A DNA stretch of 18,567 bases from a virus. The stretch covers positions 1 to 18,567 of IMG/VR virus record IMGVR_UViG_3300045988_161322. One strand, written 5' to 3'. Under the pieces are notes generated by a model. The model was not told where the DNA came from. It saw only the letters and a program-made list of their open reading frames with translations, and made no database searches. The position numbers and the translations under genes were made by a program. This document shows, one piece after another, positions 14,794 through 18,567 of this stretch (its first letter is position 1; each line of letters begins with the position of its first letter).

Positions 14794-15588
14794 CTATTTA
14801 AAATTATCCAAGTTCCTATACTCTTGTATTGTCCTATCTATTCTTGCATAAGAATTTTCGGAAGCTTTATCTATTTCATCCTCTCCAACATCTAGATATT
14901 TATCCCTTAAATTATTAAGCTCGCCTTTTATAAATAATTCTTTTTGTAGTGGTGAAAGAGTGTGCCATTGTTTCCATATAGCTTGTCTTTGATAATTCTT
15001 CATATTTTGAACAAAATCTAAACTCATAAAATCAGCAAACCATTGATTTTGCATTGTATCATCATTTATTTTGTCATAAACTGCTTGAAGTGTTATCTTT
15101 TTATAATCATTCTTTAATTTGTTTAACATTGCTAATCTTTTATCATCATCAGTTATTATTAAATTTCCAATTTTCTTTAATGGAGTTCCGTCTACCTTAA
15201 AGCTTTTATTTCTCCTACTTGGAAAAAATATATCTTTACCAGATAGATAATCAATTTCTTGTTGTGATAAACCAATAGCTTTTAATGCATTTAATGTCAT
15301 ATCAACTTCCTTATTATATCTTTTTACATATCGATTAAGTCGTGTTTCAATTGGTAGTGATTTTTTAGGCTTTGAATTATCTTTTTTAATTTGTGAATTT
15401 AAACCACGTTCAATTTTATTAATTTGTGATTTTAATTGTCTATCAGTAAGTTGTCCATTTTTTAAATAAGTTGGAATTTTAAAACCTAACATTGTTAACT
15501 TATTAGTTAAGTATTTTACTTTTTGCTTAGTTGACTTCTTTTCCCAATTTACTCTTTTTAATCCACTTAGTTGTCGCTTTGCATTCAT
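14794..15588 (-). CDS. Putative terminal protein (phi29 gp3 position)
   Basis: It lies immediately upstream of the polymerase in the same operon. It is 264 aa (phi29 TP is 266 aa), very basic and Lys-rich in the N-terminal two-thirds, with an acidic C-terminal part. No direct sequence motif recognised. Confidence 0.6.
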   Translation of the reverse strand: MNAKRQLSGLKRVNWEKKSTKQKVKYLTNKLTMLGFKIPTYLKNGQLTDRQLKSQINKIERGLNSQIKKDNSKPKKSLPIETRLNRYVKRYNKEVDMTLNALKAIGLSQQEIDYLSGKDIFFPSRRNKSFKVDGTPLKKIGNLIITDDDKRLAMLNKLKNDYKKITLQAVYDKINDDTMQNQWFADFMSLDFVQNMKNYQRQAIWKQWHTLSPLQKELFIKGELNNLRDKYLDVGEDEIDKASENSYARIDRTIQEYRNLDNFK

Positions 15589-15630
15589 GGTATACCCCCT
15601 TATTATTCATATATTTATAATATATGTATT

Positions 15631-15650
15631 AGGGTGAAAATGTTCACCCT
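15631..15650 (-). promoter_or_regulatory. Perfect 8-bp stem with 4-nt loop (palindrome) in the MazG-TP intergenic gap
   Basis: AGGGTGAA-AATG-TTCACCCT. There is no U-tract on the - strand transcript, so it is more likely an attenuator, processing site or operator than a full terminator. Confidence 0.35.
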
Positions 15651-15656
15651 TATTAA

Positions 15657-15929
15657 TTAGTTATTTATTAACTCGTTATATCTTGTAACCTTAGATATAT
15701 AAATACTATCAAAGGCTTCGGGTATTATTTCAAGTTTTTCATTTAATTTTTCTAAACAAATATAAACGTCAACCATTTCCTCAAGTACCATGCTATCAAT
15801 TTCTTCTTTACTTGCTCTTAATGTTACATCACCACTAGCCCAACGATTAAGTTTTGATAAAGCTTGTATAAGTTCAGAACATTCCTCTATAGTAATTGAA
15901 TTAACATCTTGTAAACTTTCTCTTATCAT
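15657..15929 (-). CDS. MazG-like all-alpha nucleoside-triphosphate pyrophosphohydrolase (small form)
   Basis: 90 aa with IEECSELIQA (ExxE) and LEEMVDVYICLEKL (ExxD). This is the spacing and helical context typical of the MazG / dimeric dUTPase superfamily, compared with B. subtilis YpjD from memory. Confidence 0.55.
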   Translation of the reverse strand: MIRESLQDVNSITIEECSELIQALSKLNRWASGDVTLRASKEEIDSMVLEEMVDVYICLEKLNEKLEIIPEAFDSIYISKVTRYNELINN

Positions 15930-16120
15930 TATAATAACACCTCTATAAATTTATTAGGTATATCTCCCCTAAACTCTGTATTTAATATATCTATATATCT
16001 TTCCATATCTTTAGCATCTTCAATGTAATCATATAAATTTAGTAAAAAATCATCTGTAAATACTCTATCCTCTGATATACATTCATTTCTTAAACTATAA
16101 CTTTTTTCAATTCTATTCAT
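15929..16120 (-). CDS. Hypothetical 63-aa early protein
   Basis: ATG 16120 overlaps the upstream stop (ATGA) and follows GGAGAGTGGAG. It is preferred over the track start at 16141. Confidence 0.6.
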   Translation of the reverse strand: MNRIEKSYSLRNECISEDRVFTDDFLLNLYDYIEDAKDMERYIDILNTEFRGDIPNKFIEVLL

Positions 16121-16320
16121 TTTAATAACTCCACTCTCCAATCATTATTTTCAAATAAGAAATTAACTAAATACTCGTAATCTTTACGAGATTTACAATC
16201 ACCATTAATATATGCATACGCTATCCAAAATATATCATCGGGATATAGTTCTCTATAACCAAGAACTTTTCCACATTTATCTGCTAATAATTTAAATGCT
16301 ATATATCTATCGTCTGACAT
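16117..16320 (-). CDS. Hypothetical 67-aa early protein containing a YINGDCK motif
   Basis: SD AAGGGGTGA. Tightly packed in the operon. Confidence 0.65.
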   Translation of the reverse strand: MSDDRYIAFKLLADKCGKVLGYRELYPDDIFWIAYAYINGDCKSRKDYEYLVNFLFENNDWRVELLK

Positions 16321-16334
16321 TATAAATTCACCCC

Positions 16335-16490
16335 TTATTCTTCATCACTAGAACTAATATTAATTTCGTCAAAAAAATCAATAACAGTAATAATAGGGTC
16401 GTCAATAGAATCTCCAACGTATACAGTATAATGTGCTTTATCATCTTCTATTAAAACTTCTAATATTTCTTTTAAATCTTTTACTGTCAT
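16335..16490 (-). CDS. Very acidic 51-aa early protein (paralogue B)
   Basis: Hand translation gives MTVKDLKEILEVLIEDDKAHYTVYVGDSIDDPIITVIDFFDEINISSSDEE, with 15 Asp/Glu against 3 Lys. SD AGAGGTGG. The ATG overlaps the upstream TGA (ATGA). Confidence 0.65.
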   Translation of the reverse strand: MTVKDLKEILEVLIEDDKAHYTVYVGDSIDDPIITVIDFFDEINISSSDEE

Positions 16491-16630
16491 TGTAATACCA
16501 CCTCTTTCTTTTCATTATCAACATATACTGCAAAATCCTCACCATAATACCCTGCTGCAAAAACAGGAAAATCCGTTTTACCATCTTCAATCAAACATTC
16601 CAAAATTTCTTTTAAATCTTTTACTGTCAT
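16487..16630 (-). CDS. Acidic 47-aa early protein (paralogue A)
   Basis: Hand translation gives MTVKDLKEILECLIEDGKTDFPVFAAGYYGEDFAVYVDNEKKEVVLQ. The ATG overlaps the stop of the 92-aa ORF (ATGA). The first 26 nt are identical to the start of paralogue B. Confidence 0.6.
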   Translation of the reverse strand: MTVKDLKEILECLIEDGKTDFPVFAAGYYGEDFAVYVDNEKKEVVLQ

Positions 16631-16905
16631 ATACAATACAACTCCCTTATAACTTTCGCTCTTAAATCTTTTTCTGTCTTGTAATTCTTTGGTATAATAA
16701 TAAACATTTCATCAGTCATTTCATTTGTAATTTGATTTTTTCTTTTATATTTTACTACTAAAATATCACAATATTTATCATTTTTCGTTGTCATTTTTTC
16801 ACAAGCTTTACTTGCTATAATTCTATATTCGGAATCAAATTCCATCATTATTTGTTCGCAACCTCTAGATTCTAATATTTTATAAATTTCCCATGCATAA
16901 TTCAT
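16627..16905 (-). CDS. Hypothetical 92-aa early protein
   Basis: SD AAGGAGTG. No family recognised. Confidence 0.7.
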   Translation of the reverse strand: MNYAWEIYKILESRGCEQIMMEFDSEYRIIASKACEKMTTKNDKYCDILVVKYKRKNQITNEMTDEMFIIIPKNYKTEKDLRAKVIRELYCI

Positions 16906-16939
16906 TTAATTCACTCCTTCTTATTCTTGTTCTTCCATT

Positions 16940-17133
16940 TTACACTTCGTAGTTAGCTTTAATAATAGGGTTTATTATATCATAAATTTCTAATAAATCA
17001 TGTGTGCTTAAATTCCCTAAACATTCACACATTATTATAAAATCATCATCAGATAAAGCCTTACAATCTACCCCATTAAAATACACATATAAAATACTAA
17101 GCTACCTGTTAATTCTTCTTTGCACATTTTCAT
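16940..17133 (-). pseudogene. Small Cys-containing ORF broken across two frames
   Basis: A strong SD, GAGGGGGAAG, precedes ATG 17133. It opens a 21-codon frame (MKMCKEELTGSLVFYMCILMG, stop at 17068-17070). The -1 frame continues ..LSILYVYFNGVDCKALSDDDFIIMCECLGNLSTHDLLEIYDIINPIIKANYEV to a stop at 16940-16942 and has no SD of its own. Confidence 0.35.
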
Positions 17134-17147
17134 TTATCTTCCCCCTC

Positions 17148-17234
17148 TTAATAATCACGTTCTGAAGCACCTACAAAAAATACAATGATTAAAAAGTTTA
17201 ATGCTAAATATAAAAATAATAAACCTAGAATCAT
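17148..17234 (-). CDS. 28-aa hydrophobic peptide (MILGLLFLYLALNFLIIVFFVGASERDY)
   Basis: SD GGGGTGA lies 9 nt upstream. The ORF fills the gap between neighbouring genes exactly. It forms a single predicted transmembrane helix. Confidence 0.45.
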   Translation of the reverse strand: MILGLLFLYLALNFLIIVFFVGASERDY

Positions 17235-17236
17235 AA

Positions 17237-17542
17237 TTATTTTTCACCCCTCTTTTCAAATTCTATTAATCTGTCTATATATTCTTTTGCTTTTTCTAAA
17301 TCTTCAATACCATTTTTGGCTTTATATCTTGTAACATATTTAATAACATTACCTTGCATAAATGTTAAGTTATTTCTTAGACAAAACTCAATAACATCAA
17401 TACCAGTTCCATAATATGATGGCTTTATTTTAGATTCTTTACGTTCAAATTCACTATAATTCCAGCATTTATCATTTGTACAATCTTCACCATTAAAATA
17501 AATACACAAACCACAACCTTTAACATTTACATCCATTGACAT
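17237..17542 (-). CDS. DUF3310-like protein with an N-terminal 4-Cys extension
   Basis: C-terminal YYGTGIDVIEFC...LTFMQGNVIKYVTRYKAKNGIEDLEKAKEYIDRL matches the DUF3310 pattern (NxxKYxxR...K.G.EDL.KA..Y) as I recall it. The N-terminus is GCGLCIYFNGEDCTNDKC. Confidence 0.7.
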   Translation of the reverse strand: MSMDVNVKGCGLCIYFNGEDCTNDKCWNYSEFERKESKIKPSYYGTGIDVIEFCLRNNLTFMQGNVIKYVTRYKAKNGIEDLEKAKEYIDRLIEFEKRGEK

Positions 17543-17655
17543 ATATCACACACCCCATCATTTTTATAATATTCATAACTATCTATTTGTCTGCCACACT
17601 TTGAACAACAGTAATAAAACTGTTTAATTCTATGAGTTTTGATTCTCTTTATCAT
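17527..17655 (-). CDS. 42-aa zinc-ribbon-like protein overlapping both neighbours
   Basis: Hand translation gives MIKRIKTHRIKQFYYCCSKCGRQIDSYEYYKNDGVCDICQWM (CxxC..15..CxxC). SD AAGGAG lies 10 nt upstream. It overlaps the upstream gene by 26 nt and the downstream gene by 16 nt. Confidence 0.45.
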   Translation of the reverse strand: MIKRIKTHRIKQFYYCCSKCGRQIDSYEYYKNDGVCDICQWM

Positions 17656-17824
17656 ATCCATCTAACTCCTTTATTAACATTTTTGAAATTTCACATAATT
17701 CTAAATGTTCATGCACTGCTTTTTCTAATATTTTTTCATTAGTTACTCGGCTATACATTTTTTGTAAATGTAGTTGATGATAACTAATACTTTCAATTAA
17801 TAATTCAATTTGTCTTTTTGTCAT
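17630..17824 (-). CDS. Hypothetical 64-aa early protein
   Basis: ATG 17824 follows GGAGTGAATAAA and lies 1 nt after the upstream stop. The track's longer 98-aa version would overlap the upstream gene by about 100 nt with low-complexity residues. Confidence 0.65.
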   Translation of the reverse strand: MTKRQIELLIESISYHQLHLQKMYSRVTNEKILEKAVHEHLELCEISKMLIKELDGYDKENQNS

Positions 17825-17825
17825 T

Positions 17826-18086
17826 TTATTCACTCCATTCATCATAATATATTTTATAATTATATAATAATACCATCTTTTCACTAGTGTTACATATAAA
17901 ATTATCATCTTCATCATATAGTGCATAATGATAACTATCTCTTTTATCTTTCTTTGCTACAACATAACTACCTTTACTATAATCATAATTATGCTTTGGA
18001 GCATACCTCAACTTTGAACAATCTGTTTTGTTCTTTCTACATGTCCCGTCTTGCCAGTAGAAACAAGTAGAAAATGTGCATTTCAT
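17826..18086 (-). CDS. Hypothetical 86-aa early protein with an N-terminal 4-Cys motif
   Basis: MKCTFSTCFYWQDGTCRKNKTDC. SD AGAGGTGA. Confidence 0.7.
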   Translation of the reverse strand: MKCTFSTCFYWQDGTCRKNKTDCSKLRYAPKHNYDYSKGSYVVAKKDKRDSYHYALYDEDDNFICNTSEKMVLLYNYKIYYDEWSE

Positions 18087-18096
18087 TTAATCACCT

Positions 18097-18249
18097 CTAG
18101 AATAATTTTGTAATTACACCTATTATTAAACCAATTCCAAAGAATAGTTCAACTAACCAAAACCATATGAAAAGCTTAGTCATACTTTTAAATATTTCCC
18201 AGTGTGTTAAAGCATGAAGTAAGAATAAAATTAATAAACATACTAACAT
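18097..18249 (-). CDS. 50-aa membrane protein with two predicted transmembrane helices; first gene of the right early unit
   Basis: Hand translation gives MLVCLLILFLLHALTHWEIFKSMTKLFIWFWLVELFFGIGLIIGVITKLF. SD AGAGGTGA lies 5 nt upstream. Confidence 0.55.
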   Translation of the reverse strand: MLVCLLILFLLHALTHWEIFKSMTKLFIWFWLVELFFGIGLIIGVITKLF

Positions 18250-18344
18250 TTTAAATCACCTCTTATTTGTAATATACAATCATTGGAATACATACCCTTA
18301 GCCACTACAAGGTTATGATATTTAGTAGTGCTTATTTATTTCCC

Positions 18345-18567
18345 TTTCCATGATTTAATTATATAACATTTGAACAGAAAATGCAAGGGTTTTTAAACAA
18401 ATAATTGAAAATAATTATAAGAAATATTCGACAAAATATTGATGCATGTAGTTATCAATACTATGTGAAAATATAATGAAAATGTTACATGATTTGTGTA
18501 TGTTATTTGACGTAGTTTTGATTACTATTGGGGGAAGTATTTGGAACTGAGAAGAACAAATTAGATT
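18345..18567. repeat. Right inverted terminal repeat (ITR), 223 bp
   Basis: Exact reverse complement of 1-223. Confidence 0.97.
18358..18386 (-). promoter_or_regulatory. Sigma-A-type early promoter inside the right ITR, reading inward
   Basis: Mirror image of 182-210: -35 TTGCAT at 18386-18381 and -10 TATAAT at 18363-18358 on the - strand. The predicted start is near 18351. Confidence 0.6.

Noticed and set aside
17825-17926. N-terminal extensions of track ORFs (17630-17926 to 98 aa, 7635 TTG, 3286 GTG, 16141 ATG, 11037 GTG)
   Set aside because: In each case an internal start has a properly spaced SD or an ATGA stop-start overlap with the upstream gene. The extension either overlaps the upstream gene or the SD itself.
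1-18567. ITRs as transposon ends, or a prophage with integration functions
   Set aside because: There is no transposase, integrase, repressor or att-like repeat. The ITRs together with TP, family-B polymerase and gp16-type ATPase fit a linear, protein-primed lytic genome.

Overview
The window appears to be a complete 18,567-bp linear genome of a phi29-like, protein-primed podophage (Picovirinae type). The host is probably a very AT-rich Firmicute: nearly every gene has a strong GGAGG-type SD, and the lysis genes look clostridial or bacillus-like. The ends are a perfect 223-bp inverted terminal repeat (ITR), and each copy carries an inward-facing near-consensus sigma-A promoter. There are three transcription units. 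(1) Left early unit on the + strand, about 217-1682: three micro-ORFs, a 305-bp non-coding stretch, an OB-fold SSB and a 93-aa ORF. (2) Late operon on the + strand, 1898-12047: scaffold, phi29 gp8-like capsid, a tail-knob gene split in two with a lysozyme plus NlpC/P60 module fused to its N-terminal fragment, gp10-like connector, lower collar, glycosidase-like appendage, two unknowns, BhlA/UviB-type holin, amidase_3 endolysin with a single SPOR-like repeat, and gp16-like packaging ATPase. (3) Right early unit on the - strand, about 18351-12072: about 12 tightly coupled small genes, a MazG-like protein, terminal protein, family-B DNA polymerase and a sigma-70-family protein. Units 2 and 3 converge on one bidirectional terminator at 12050-12066. 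No integrase, tRNA, CRISPR array or transposon was seen. The observations most worth follow-up are: the split tail knob with its hydrolase fusion; the phage sigma factor together with a recurring bipartite motif embedded in the late-operon terminators; two structured non-coding regions that are candidates for the otherwise missing packaging RNA; the ITR-embedded promoters; and a tandem pair of very acidic small early proteins. All homology statements rest on motif recognition and on my recollection of the phi29 protein sequences. No searches were run.
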